Assembly (NCBI GenBank): GCA_035285345.1
Contig: JAYKJH010000239.1
Coordinates: 4,840 to 68,839 of the forward strand
From: Nostocaceae cyanobacterium
GTDB taxonomy: Bacteria > Cyanobacteriota > Cyanobacteriia > Cyanobacteriales > Nostocaceae
Direction of reading: 5' to 3'
Length of the DNA stretch: 64,000 nt
Shown: positions 26,696 through 35,233 of the stretch, piece by piece
Numbering within the stretch: position 1 is the first letter of the stretch
Layout of the letters: every line of letters starts with the position of its first letter
Notes under the pieces: generated by a model
Databases searched by the model: none
Told to the model about the DNA's origin: nothing
Seen by the model: only the letters and a program-made list of their open reading frames with translations
Translations under genes and position numbers: made by a program

Positions 26696-26836
26696 CTATC
26701 TATCGGCTCCAGGCAGAGAGCTTATGTAGAAGCGAATGACCTCTGCCATGCTCAACCCCTTTTTGTCTGCATAAGCTTTTAACTTATCCCATTCTTCATC
26801 GGTGACTCGGATATTTAATCGCTTTTCCCTTGCCAT
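26696..26836 (-). CDS. Ribbon-helix-helix (CopG/MobC-N-like) small protein, 46 aa
   Basis: Manual translation gives MAREKRLNIRVTDEEWDKLKAYADKKGLSMAEVIRFYISSLPGADR, with the classic RHH beta-strand (RLNIRVT) plus two helices. It is below the ORF-track length cutoff. It is divergent from tnpB and inside the element. Confidence 0.6.
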   Translation of the reverse strand: MAREKRLNIRVTDEEWDKLKAYADKKGLSMAEVIRFYISSLPGADR

Positions 26837-26920
26837 CGTGATGCCATTTGGTAGTACGATAAGAGTGTAAATCATCTGGATTGTTATGGCTAGATTGTGC
26901 CCATTGTCGGAGCGGAACTA

Positions 26921-28219
26921 ATGCCAGTTGCCTACCAGTACCGCCTACTGCCAACTTCTGAGCAACGTGCTGAAATGTCGCGGTGGCTTGATATGTTGCG
27001 ATTGCAATATAACTGGATGTTGGCAGAGCGGTTTCAATGGTGGGAAGAAAATCGCTCGTCTGTGAATGCTTGCCCATTGGTTTGTCATCTGCCAGAACTG
27101 AAAGATCAGCCCGACTACTACAGCCAGAAACGCTCCCTAGTGCCACTGAAGCAAGATAGACCCTGGTACAAAGACATTCACTCTCAGGTGCTTCAGGATA
27201 TGGTGAAGCGGGTCAAACTAGCATTTGACCGCTATCTTGGCGGCGATGGTAACGGCAACCGGAGTGGAAAGCCTCGCTTCAAAAGGAAGAACCGCTACCG
27301 CTCGTTCACCTATCCTCAAGCTTCAATCGACTGGATTGATGGCAACAAAATTGAGCTACCCAAGCTTGGGACATTCAAGGTGATTTGGCATCGTCCACTG
27401 CCTGAAGGCTTTAACGTCAAAACCGCCATCATTACTCACAAAGCGGACGGTTGGTATATCACGCTAACCCTAGAAGATGTTTCAGTTCCCGAATTCACAT
27501 CAGATATTGAGCCGACAGCAGGCAATTCCATCGGGATTGATCTCGGAGTTGAAAAGTTCCTGGCTGACTCAGAAGGGGAATTCGAGCGAATTCCTCAGCA
27601 CTTCAGAAAGTCAGAACAAAAGCTTGCACGATTGCAGCAAAAAGTATCGACTGCCAAGAAAGGGAGTCGCGCTTCGTCGCTGCTAGTTCGCAAGGTTGGC
27701 AAATTGCATCAAAAGATTGCACGACAACGCAAACAGTTTCACTACGAAACAGCGCAAAAGGTTCTCAAGAAAGCCGATGTGGTGTTTGTTGAGGATCTGA
27801 GGGTGAAGAATATGTCCAGACGTGCCAAGCCCAAGCAAGATGAAACAGGTAAGTTTCTCCCCAATGGTCATGCGGCTAAGTCTGGGCTGAACAAGAGTAT
27901 TGCCGATGCAGGCTGGAGTCAGTTCATTGACATCCTTGCTTTCAAAGCTGAAAAAGCTGGTTCGCGAGTAGTCAAAGTAAACCCCAAAGGAACCTCGCAG
28001 CATTGCTCAAACTGCCTGAATCGTGTCCCTAAAGAGTTGTCTGACCGATGGCATTCTTGCCCACATTGCGGTACAGAACTCGACCGGGATACAAATGCGG
28101 CAATTTTAATCAAAAAAGTAGGGTTGGACATCGCCTTACTCAAAAACGCTCAACCAGCTATGCGCGGAGCGCAGGCTTTGCCAACGGCTCGGAAGAGAAG
28201 CCCGCGCTGTACCGCCTAA
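26921..28219 (+). CDS. tnpB: RNA-guided endonuclease TnpB (OrfB_IS605/OrfB_Zn_ribbon)
   Basis: MPVAYQYRLLPTSEQ... The RuvC triad is intact (GIDLGVEKF, VFVEDL, RDTNAAILI) and the zinc ribbon is CSNC...CPHCG. The ATG at 26921 is preferred over the ORF-track start at 26897. Confidence 0.9.
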   Translation: MPVAYQYRLLPTSEQRAEMSRWLDMLRLQYNWMLAERFQWWEENRSSVNACPLVCHLPELKDQPDYYSQKRSLVPLKQDRPWYKDIHSQVLQDMVKRVKLAFDRYLGGDGNGNRSGKPRFKRKNRYRSFTYPQASIDWIDGNKIELPKLGTFKVIWHRPLPEGFNVKTAIITHKADGWYITLTLEDVSVPEFTSDIEPTAGNSIGIDLGVEKFLADSEGEFERIPQHFRKSEQKLARLQQKVSTAKKGSRASSLLVRKVGKLHQKIARQRKQFHYETAQKVLKKADVVFVEDLRVKNMSRRAKPKQDETGKFLPNGHAAKSGLNKSIADAGWSQFIDILAFKAEKAGSRVVKVNPKGTSQHCSNCLNRVPKELSDRWHSCPHCGTELDRDTNAAILIKKVGLDIALLKNAQPAMRGAQALPTARKRSPRCTA

Positions 28220-28245
28220 GCGGTCAGCGTCGGGAGTATGTCACA
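28090..28245 (+). ncRNA. Predicted omega/right-end RNA scaffold overlapping the tnpB 3' end (approximate limits)
   Basis: In characterised TnpB elements the guide RNA scaffold spans the 3' end of tnpB to the RE boundary. The structured RE hairpin at 28197..28235 fits this. The boundaries were not determined. Confidence 0.4.
28197..28235 (+). repeat. Right-end subterminal hairpin
   Basis: GAAGCCCGCGCTGTACCGCCTAAGCGGTCAGCGTCGGGA has the same bulged stem as the LE copy. It shows compensatory changes (C:G to G:C in the outer stem, inner stem ACCC/GGGT to ACCGC/GCGGT). Confidence 0.7.
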
Positions 28246-28271
28246 ACTGGTCATCTGTGGTTAATTACTAC

Positions 28272-29984
28272 TCAACGCTGACCACCAAACAGGGGGATAG
28301 ATGGAGCTTTCGGTAAGATAGCTGCTGTGCCCTCTCTGGATAACTCAGTTAAAACACCAATCGCAACGTTAAACAAGCGAGTCGGTTGTAAGTCATCCTT
28401 AACTAAGTTCCATAACCGCTGGACTTCTGCGGTGTGCAGGCGATCGTCTTCGGTGAGGGCGAGTAACAACTGACGGCGGAGAAACTTACCTTCATCCGAG
28501 AGAATAAATTGCAAGCCTAGTTGTGCTGTCGGCAGTAAATCAAAGCTACCATCAGTACGAGCAATGGAAATCAAATTTTCCAACCGCTGCCACTGAAATT
28601 TCCCATTTTTAAACAAGATATTCAGTAACCGTCGCCGCAGTTCAGCAGATTCTCCTGTCAACAGACGCCGTGCAACGTAGGGATAAGCTACCTCGATGAT
28701 TTTAAAATTGGGGTTGAGGCTCAGAGCTATACCTTCCTGGGTTACCAAGGAACGAATAATCAACGCGAATTTTGCTGGGACCCGGAAGGGGTAGTCATAC
28801 ATCAGTTTCGAGTATTCATCGGTGATGGTTTTGAAGTTAAAATCGCCGACGTTCTTACCAATTGCGTTCCCCCACACGGCTTCTAGGGCGGGGACGATGG
28901 GACGAATATCTATTTCTGGTGTTAAAAAACCTAGCTTCACGTAGTCTTCAGCTAAGTCATCATAGTCTTTGTTCACCAGATGTACTACCGCATCCACCAA
29001 GGTTTCTTTCGTCAGTTGATCCAACTGATCCATCATCCCAAAATCAATATAAGCCATCCGACCATCCGGCATGGCGAATAGGTTTCCAGGGTGGGGGTCA
29101 GCGTGGAAAAATCCATGTTCTAATAGCTGCTGCAACCCGGAGGTAACGCCAATTTGGATAATTGCTTCTGGGTCTAAACCGGCAGCGCGAATGCTTTGCG
29201 TATCAGTCAGCTTCCAGCCGTTAATCCACTCTAGAGTTAAGATGCGGCGGCTGCTATAGTTCCAGTAAATTGCTGGTACTTTAACGCGGGGGTCGTTCCG
29301 GAAGTTGTTAGCAAATTTCTCGGCGTTGCGACCTTCGTTGATATAGTCAATTTCCTCAAATAACTTCGTGCCAAACTCGTCCACAATTAAGCTGAGGTCG
29401 TGTCCCAAGTTTAGTGGTAGCCAGGGTGCTAACCAACCCGCTGCCCAACGCATCAAATACAAGTCTAGGGTAATTACAGGACGTAAGTTAGGACGTTGCA
29501 CCTTCAGTGCTACTTCTTCTCCACTTACCAGTCTACCCCGGTATACTTGTCCCAAACTCGCCGCCGCTACCGGATGGGATGACAGTTCACTAAAAACTTC
29601 CGTCAGGGGTCGGTTGAGGTCGGCTTCAATAATCTTCAGCGCGATCGCGTTATCGAAGGGCGGTAACTGGTCTTGTAGCTTGATCAGTTCTTCTAAGAAA
29701 TCTTGGCGTACTAAGTCCGGTCGCGTTGACAAGGCTTGACCAACTTTAATAAATGTCGGACCCAAGCGGGTGAGAATTTCCCGCAATTGAGCAGCCCGCT
29801 TTAATTTATTCTCCTCTTGTTGATTTTGCCATTCATCCCACTTCAGACCCAGCAAGAATCTAGCAAAAAACCATATAATTTTCACGGCTCGTGCCACAAC
29901 TAACCAAGGACGAACGCGGTAGTAACGAGCGATCGCCTTAGCATCGTAGCGTCTATTCTCTGTGGTAAGTGTTTCGGAATTCAC
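28272..29984 (-). CDS. ABC1/UbiB-family atypical kinase
   Basis: 570 aa with AAASLGQVYRG...VALKVQRP...HADPHPGNL...IDFGM motifs. Confidence 0.9.
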   Translation of the reverse strand: MNSETLTTENRRYDAKAIARYYRVRPWLVVARAVKIIWFFARFLLGLKWDEWQNQQEENKLKRAAQLREILTRLGPTFIKVGQALSTRPDLVRQDFLEELIKLQDQLPPFDNAIALKIIEADLNRPLTEVFSELSSHPVAAASLGQVYRGRLVSGEEVALKVQRPNLRPVITLDLYLMRWAAGWLAPWLPLNLGHDLSLIVDEFGTKLFEEIDYINEGRNAEKFANNFRNDPRVKVPAIYWNYSSRRILTLEWINGWKLTDTQSIRAAGLDPEAIIQIGVTSGLQQLLEHGFFHADPHPGNLFAMPDGRMAYIDFGMMDQLDQLTKETLVDAVVHLVNKDYDDLAEDYVKLGFLTPEIDIRPIVPALEAVWGNAIGKNVGDFNFKTITDEYSKLMYDYPFRVPAKFALIIRSLVTQEGIALSLNPNFKIIEVAYPYVARRLLTGESAELRRRLLNILFKNGKFQWQRLENLISIARTDGSFDLLPTAQLGLQFILSDEGKFLRRQLLLALTEDDRLHTAEVQRLWNLVKDDLQPTRLFNVAIGVLTELSREGTAAILPKAPSIPLFGGQR

Positions 29985-30399
29985 GCCACCCTTTACCTCT
30001 TTAATTTATCAATGTGTTTTACCTTGCCACTGGGATAAGCATCTAATCTCATCCACAAACCCACCTGGCAATTTTCCTGAGAATTACCCAGGTAGTTTAG
30101 TAGCACAGGACTATCAAGAATTTCTTATCATTTCTTTAATAATAGTATATATAACTACAAATTTCCCTGATTTTTTTTGAAGTTTTAATAATTGCTTTCG
30201 TAATATTTCTCAATATAGATATTTACCCATAAAAGAAAAGCCCGTGTAAGACTTATCTCCACACGAACTATACCGAATTTATTGCAGTGACTAAGTATTA
30301 AGTATTACGAATTTATTTGGGGAATAGGGAATAGAGAAACTAATTACCCAAACCCATCCATCATCCGTGTATCCGCGATATCAGCGTGTACCCCATTCC

Positions 30400-32991
30400 C
30401 TAACCCTTCGCCTTGGCCTCCAAGTTTTCCAAACGACTCTTGAGTTCTTGGTTTTGCTTCTTGATTTGGTCGAGTTCTTCCCGCAGTTGTTTAACTGCTA
30501 GGTCGCTACCCACACTCTTTTGCACCTTAGTAATAGCTTCTTCTGCCATGCGACGCACTCGTCCGTCAGGTGTTTGGTCAGCCAAAGAGCTTAAAATACC
30601 AATCGCCTTTGGTGTTTCCATTTGCTCTAGAGCGACAACCACTGAGACTTGAGTTAAGAAGAACGTCTCTTTAGACAGGTCTTCTAAGCGTTCCAGGATA
30701 CGTTGCAAATTAGTAGCGGTTTGACCAGTGGAAATAGCTCCCAAAGCGCGAATAGAGGCTAAACGTAAGGCTTGGGGTACACCGAGTTTGGTGTATTGCA
30801 AAATCACATTCAAAGCGGCTTCTGAGGTTGTCAGTTGAGCAAGACCAGCGATCGCACCACTGCGAACCACTTCATTCCAACCAGCCTTGTTCTCCAACAC
30901 CGACTCTAACAACTTAATCACCTTTTCTTCCTTGGGTTTCTCATCTAAATTCCCCGCTGCTATTGACCCAATCGCACGATTTGCGGCTGCTTCCACGTAA
31001 TAGCTAGCATCACCATCTTCGATGATAGATTTCAGGGATTTATAGCTGTCGCGGGTTTTGATATTACCCAAGGCTGTGACTACCGACCGTCGGACTACAG
31101 GATGTTCATCTTGCAACCCAATAACTAACTGAGCAAACACTTGGTCTAGCTTGATTTCTGCTAGTTGTTTTGCTACTTCGGCGCGCACACCCCAGAAGCG
31201 TTCTGTTTGTAACGCACCAGAAAGTGCTTTCAGGGCTTCTAAACCACCTTTTTTCGCCAAAGCTTCAGCGGCTAATATCCGAGAAATCGGGTCAGGGTCA
31301 AATTCTAACTGAGCTTTCAATTCCGCTACTGGATACTCTAAACACACCGTTTTGAGATAATTATTACCCGCATCAAAACTGATAAACTGAGGCTTTTCTT
31401 CTAAGGGGAAGTAGAAACTTTGTTCCCGTTCATGAACACGAACCGAGAAGGTTTTCAGCCTTGCTGCTTCTCCTTTTTGAGTATAACCAAAGGCAATGGG
31501 AATTTTCAGGTCAAATAAATCGCTGCCGTTATTGTCTTCTTGCGCGTGGGTTTGAGTAATTGTAACTTTCCCTAGTTTGCTATCACCATCCCAAGAATAA
31601 GCGACTTTGAAATCAGGATGACCCCCACGGTAAACGTACTGGTCAAACAGGAACGTCAAGTTACGTCCGGTTGCTCGATCAATTGCCCTTAATAAATCAA
31701 TAGTTTCGACTGTTCTATGGGCATTATCGCCGACAAAGGTCTGCATTGCCCGCCAAAATAATTCATCCCCCAATTCCGCACGCATCATATGATAAACACA
31801 TGACCCTTTTTCATAGATATGGCGGTCATAGAGTTCAATAGCTTCCCGGTAGATATGAGTCACCATCGGACGACGGTAACGACCCTTATCTTCAGCCAGA
31901 TAGCTACGTATTTCCTGTAATCTATAGTATGCAGCGTCTTCTTTGCCATACTCATGTTCTGTCCACAGGACTTCCGAATAAGAAGCCATTCCTTCCTTAA
32001 CCCAAGCATGAGACCAATGTTTAATTACCAATAAATCGCCAAACCATTGGTGTGCTAGTTCATGGACTACTAAACTTTCAGTATTACGGTTATCTAATGC
32101 TGCTCTTTCATCAAGCAAACATCTATCAGTTAACAGCGTCGTGGAAGTGTTTTCCATCCCACCAAAGATAAAATCATCAACACAGACTTGGGCGTATTTT
32201 GGAAAAGCATAAGGATAACCATATTTTTCACTCAAAAACTCCATCATCTGAGGAGTTTTACCCATGCTACGCTGAGCATCGGCTTCTCTTCCTTTCTCTA
32301 CGTAGTAGGTAACAGGTTTTCCTCGCCAATCGTCGCGAATTTCCGCAAAATCACTTACTGCTAGAGTCATCAAATAAGTAGGATGAACTTCTTTCTGTAA
32401 CCAGTGGTAAATTTTATAATCACCGTCTTCTTCTGTAGAAATTAGTTCACCGTTAGAAATTGCAATTAGGGGTTTAGCGACACGGACGCGGATTTCACTA
32501 GTAGAAAGTTGTCCTGGATAATCGAAACAAGGAAACCAGAAGCGGGAATCTTCGTCTTCTCCTTGCGTCCAGACTTGGGTTGGTTTCTCAGGATAGTGTT
32601 TATCTGGTTGAATAAAGTAAATCCCCCGCTGGGGTTTTTCTACCGAGTAGGCGATCGCAATTAAAATTGTCTTGTCAACCTGGCTAGGTGAGTCCAGTTG
32701 AATAAATAATTGTTCACCGTCGTAATCAAAATTTTGCGGAATTTGATCTACTTCTATTGATTGTATATTTAGGTTAACCGCATCCAAGGTCAAACGTTCT
32801 ATGCCATTACGAACAGGTTTTAACCTGATTTTACATAGTCCCTCATAACTTTGATTAGGAATATCCAAATTCAGGCTGAGAAAAATATGCTCTACCTGTC
32901 CGGGACGATCAGGATTATAGTGGGGACGCGAACCTGGTAATTGGAAAGCTTTGTGACCGTTTTTTTCGGTTTGAAAATAAAATTGCGACAT
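30400..32991 (-). CDS. pepN: M1-family aminopeptidase N with a C-terminal HEAT-repeat/coiled-coil region
   Basis: GGMEN and HELAHQWFGD...E zinc motifs, 863 aa, with HEAT-like repeats in the C-terminal third. Confidence 0.85.
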   Translation of the reverse strand: MSQFYFQTEKNGHKAFQLPGSRPHYNPDRPGQVEHIFLSLNLDIPNQSYEGLCKIRLKPVRNGIERLTLDAVNLNIQSIEVDQIPQNFDYDGEQLFIQLDSPSQVDKTILIAIAYSVEKPQRGIYFIQPDKHYPEKPTQVWTQGEDEDSRFWFPCFDYPGQLSTSEIRVRVAKPLIAISNGELISTEEDGDYKIYHWLQKEVHPTYLMTLAVSDFAEIRDDWRGKPVTYYVEKGREADAQRSMGKTPQMMEFLSEKYGYPYAFPKYAQVCVDDFIFGGMENTSTTLLTDRCLLDERAALDNRNTESLVVHELAHQWFGDLLVIKHWSHAWVKEGMASYSEVLWTEHEYGKEDAAYYRLQEIRSYLAEDKGRYRRPMVTHIYREAIELYDRHIYEKGSCVYHMMRAELGDELFWRAMQTFVGDNAHRTVETIDLLRAIDRATGRNLTFLFDQYVYRGGHPDFKVAYSWDGDSKLGKVTITQTHAQEDNNGSDLFDLKIPIAFGYTQKGEAARLKTFSVRVHEREQSFYFPLEEKPQFISFDAGNNYLKTVCLEYPVAELKAQLEFDPDPISRILAAEALAKKGGLEALKALSGALQTERFWGVRAEVAKQLAEIKLDQVFAQLVIGLQDEHPVVRRSVVTALGNIKTRDSYKSLKSIIEDGDASYYVEAAANRAIGSIAAGNLDEKPKEEKVIKLLESVLENKAGWNEVVRSGAIAGLAQLTTSEAALNVILQYTKLGVPQALRLASIRALGAISTGQTATNLQRILERLEDLSKETFFLTQVSVVVALEQMETPKAIGILSSLADQTPDGRVRRMAEEAITKVQKSVGSDLAVKQLREELDQIKKQNQELKSRLENLEAKAKG

Positions 32992-33778
32992 AGATTCTTC
33001 GTGACCTGGTAATCAAATTAAAGCATTGCCAGAAGTGGTTAATAACTATAGCAAGCAGTTGAGTATTTATGAGGTTAAAACAGCACACAGTGCCTGCGCT
33101 AGAATTTTCCGTCTCTAGGGCTTATCTAGGGACTGTTTCATGATTGTCCCAACTCCAGAGAGCTAGCGACCTGAGTAAAAATACTCGAAAAATCGGCTAT
33201 AAATTAGAATAACTCGCTCCTGACAGACATTGCTAACTTTTATTGTTCAAACAACCTGGATTTGCGGTTGTCTAAACTTGCAATGGGAAGCATTGCACAA
33301 ACATCAGTGCAGCTACCATCAACCTAGTAAGTCAATACCTAGGAACTACTGATTATTACTGACTCCCGCAAACTACAGAAGCACTTATTTGCATCTGTAC
33401 TAAGCCATTGCACCCTGCTTAATCACTATCGGGTAGGTAGTACCTATCAACTATACAATCAGTTTTTTCATCTTTGTTATATACTACCCACCCTACATCA
33501 AAAACCTTGTTCACATTGGTGTTATCAGGTTTGAGATGACCGCACTTTACCGGCGTTAGATGCACGCGAATTAATTTAGGGTGAGGTACAAGACTGTCTA
33601 ATGCCTAATATCTCATAGCTGGATAATAGCTTATTACCGCCAGAAAAAAAAGGGTAAAGCCAAGAATATTTTTCCCAATATTTGTTAATAATTTTAATAA
33701 AAAAAACCATAAAAACACTACTTATTATTTTCCTGAAAGTAGTCAATAGTCAATATAAATTATTAACTTGTTACTTAT

Positions 33779-35170
33779 TTAATTTGGTGAACGCTGCAAC
33801 TTCAAAGCTTCTGATGCCGAGATTCCCTCGCCTTGAGTTCCAAAATACCACAAAGTCGCCGCCGCTGCTGCACGTGTTACTGGCTTCTTAGGCTGAAACA
33901 GAGTGGTATAACCAAACACACGACGAATATTTGCCTGTTCGCCATTTTGGAAATCTGCCAATACTGCCCGCAAAGCCTTCGGATCAATTTTACCGACATC
34001 TTGAAAACCCCATGTTTGCTTGACCGTCTCTAAGTTAGCAGATGGTAAGGCTTGGCGTGTATCTAGGGGTACTTTCCACAGAATCATCGACTCCCGTGTC
34101 AGGGGTGCATCTGGACGGAACAAAACAGCGGTAGAATCTCCTGATAGGGGACTGGGGATTAAACCTGCTTCCGCCAAGCCCTGAATTGCTGGATAATCTG
34201 GGTCTTTTGATGATACATCACTAAAAGCCGGTTGAGCGGTTTCCGCCGCCAAACGGATTTGCTTGGCTGGGTTATTGCTGTACATAGCATTATTAGCTGC
34301 TACCAACCAGCGAGCGAATTCCCGACGAGTAATATTTTTACCCGGTTCAAATAGATTTGGCATTGGGACAGCGTTGTTCTTGGTTTGGTCAGAGGTAGTA
34401 GATAACACACCTAATTTAGCCAAATCTTGAATATAATTACGTAATAGTTCAGGTGCTTTGTTGAGGTCGCTAAAGGTCTGGAAAGTTAGAGTAGTGCTAG
34501 GATTGGGGGTAGTAACGGTTGCGGGATTTGCGACACCACCAGGCTGGGAAGAAACATCTCCTGGGGGTATCGGACCAATAAAATCTGGAGAACCCGGTTG
34601 AGGTATTCCATCACCAGTAGTTTCCTTGCTAGTGTCACCAGAAGGAGTAGCTTGTGCTGTTTGCGCTCCCTGCTGTTGGTACTGAATCAGAAATTCCGTA
34701 GCTGGTCTTGGTTGATTGGGTATGGGATTGGGTGTAGCTGGTTCTGGCTTTACAGTTATAGTTACCAGTAAATCATTGCGGCGTGCCTCTAAAATTCCTG
34801 GTTGTTCATTGCTGGGCTGACGCAAAATTTCCCATTGATTTACCCGAAATTGATTGAGATAAAAGCCTTCAATTAAATTACTGGGGTCAACGCTTACCCA
34901 GCGAGTCGAGGCTGGTGTCACCTCCTGAAGTTGAGCGCTAGGATAGCGAGGAATTTCTGGGGGAAAATCACCAGGTAACTGGACTGTGGGATTATTTTGG
35001 GGTGTAGTGTTACTAGCACCACTCAAAGTCGCAGAATTATTTTGCAGCCTAGGGTCAGCTGCCAAAGAATCTTCTAAATTTTTGGCAGATGGGCTGTTAG
35101 CACAGGCTGTTAACGAAGTGAGCAAAACTGCCAAACTCAATAAGACAGCAGAACGTTGATCGGGAACCAC
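33779..35170 (-). CDS. S-layer homology (SLH) domain lipoprotein
   Basis: Lipobox LTSLTAC, a Pro/Thr-rich linker, and SLH-like segments (FSDVSSKDPDYPAIQGLAEAGLI). Confidence 0.7.
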   Translation of the reverse strand: MVPDQRSAVLLSLAVLLTSLTACANSPSAKNLEDSLAADPRLQNNSATLSGASNTTPQNNPTVQLPGDFPPEIPRYPSAQLQEVTPASTRWVSVDPSNLIEGFYLNQFRVNQWEILRQPSNEQPGILEARRNDLLVTITVKPEPATPNPIPNQPRPATEFLIQYQQQGAQTAQATPSGDTSKETTGDGIPQPGSPDFIGPIPPGDVSSQPGGVANPATVTTPNPSTTLTFQTFSDLNKAPELLRNYIQDLAKLGVLSTTSDQTKNNAVPMPNLFEPGKNITRREFARWLVAANNAMYSNNPAKQIRLAAETAQPAFSDVSSKDPDYPAIQGLAEAGLIPSPLSGDSTAVLFRPDAPLTRESMILWKVPLDTRQALPSANLETVKQTWGFQDVGKIDPKALRAVLADFQNGEQANIRRVFGYTTLFQPKKPVTRAAAAATLWYFGTQGEGISASEALKLQRSPN

Positions 35171-35233
35171 CGCACATCACATAACACATATCATCCCTAC
35201 CCTAGCGTATTTAGAGGACTAGGACATTACCCA

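Larger units (their letters stand above)
26541..28264 (+). mobile_element. IS200/IS605-family (IS1341/IS891-like) TnpB element lacking tnpA; outer limits set by the split palindromic repeat it sits in
   Basis: There is an intact tnpB and same-orientation subterminal hairpins at 26582..26619 and 28197..28235. The flanking halves are TTAACCACAGATGA (26541..26554) and TCATCTGTGGTTAA (28251..28264). True element ends probably lie between the repeat halves and the hairpins. Confidence 0.75.

Noticed and set aside
26796-27146. 116-aa minus-strand ORF overlapping the tnpB 5' end.
   Set aside because: It is antisense to tnpB and in a different frame from the RHH ORF. I recognise no fold. It is likely spurious.
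26541-28264. The 14-bp inverted sequences TTAACCACAGATGA / TCATCTGTGGTTAA as genuine terminal inverted repeats of the IS.
   Set aside because: IS200/IS605-family elements do not have TIRs. The same motif pair occurs as a small stand-alone palindromic unit at 23444..23509. It is more likely a split host repeat than the transposon ends.
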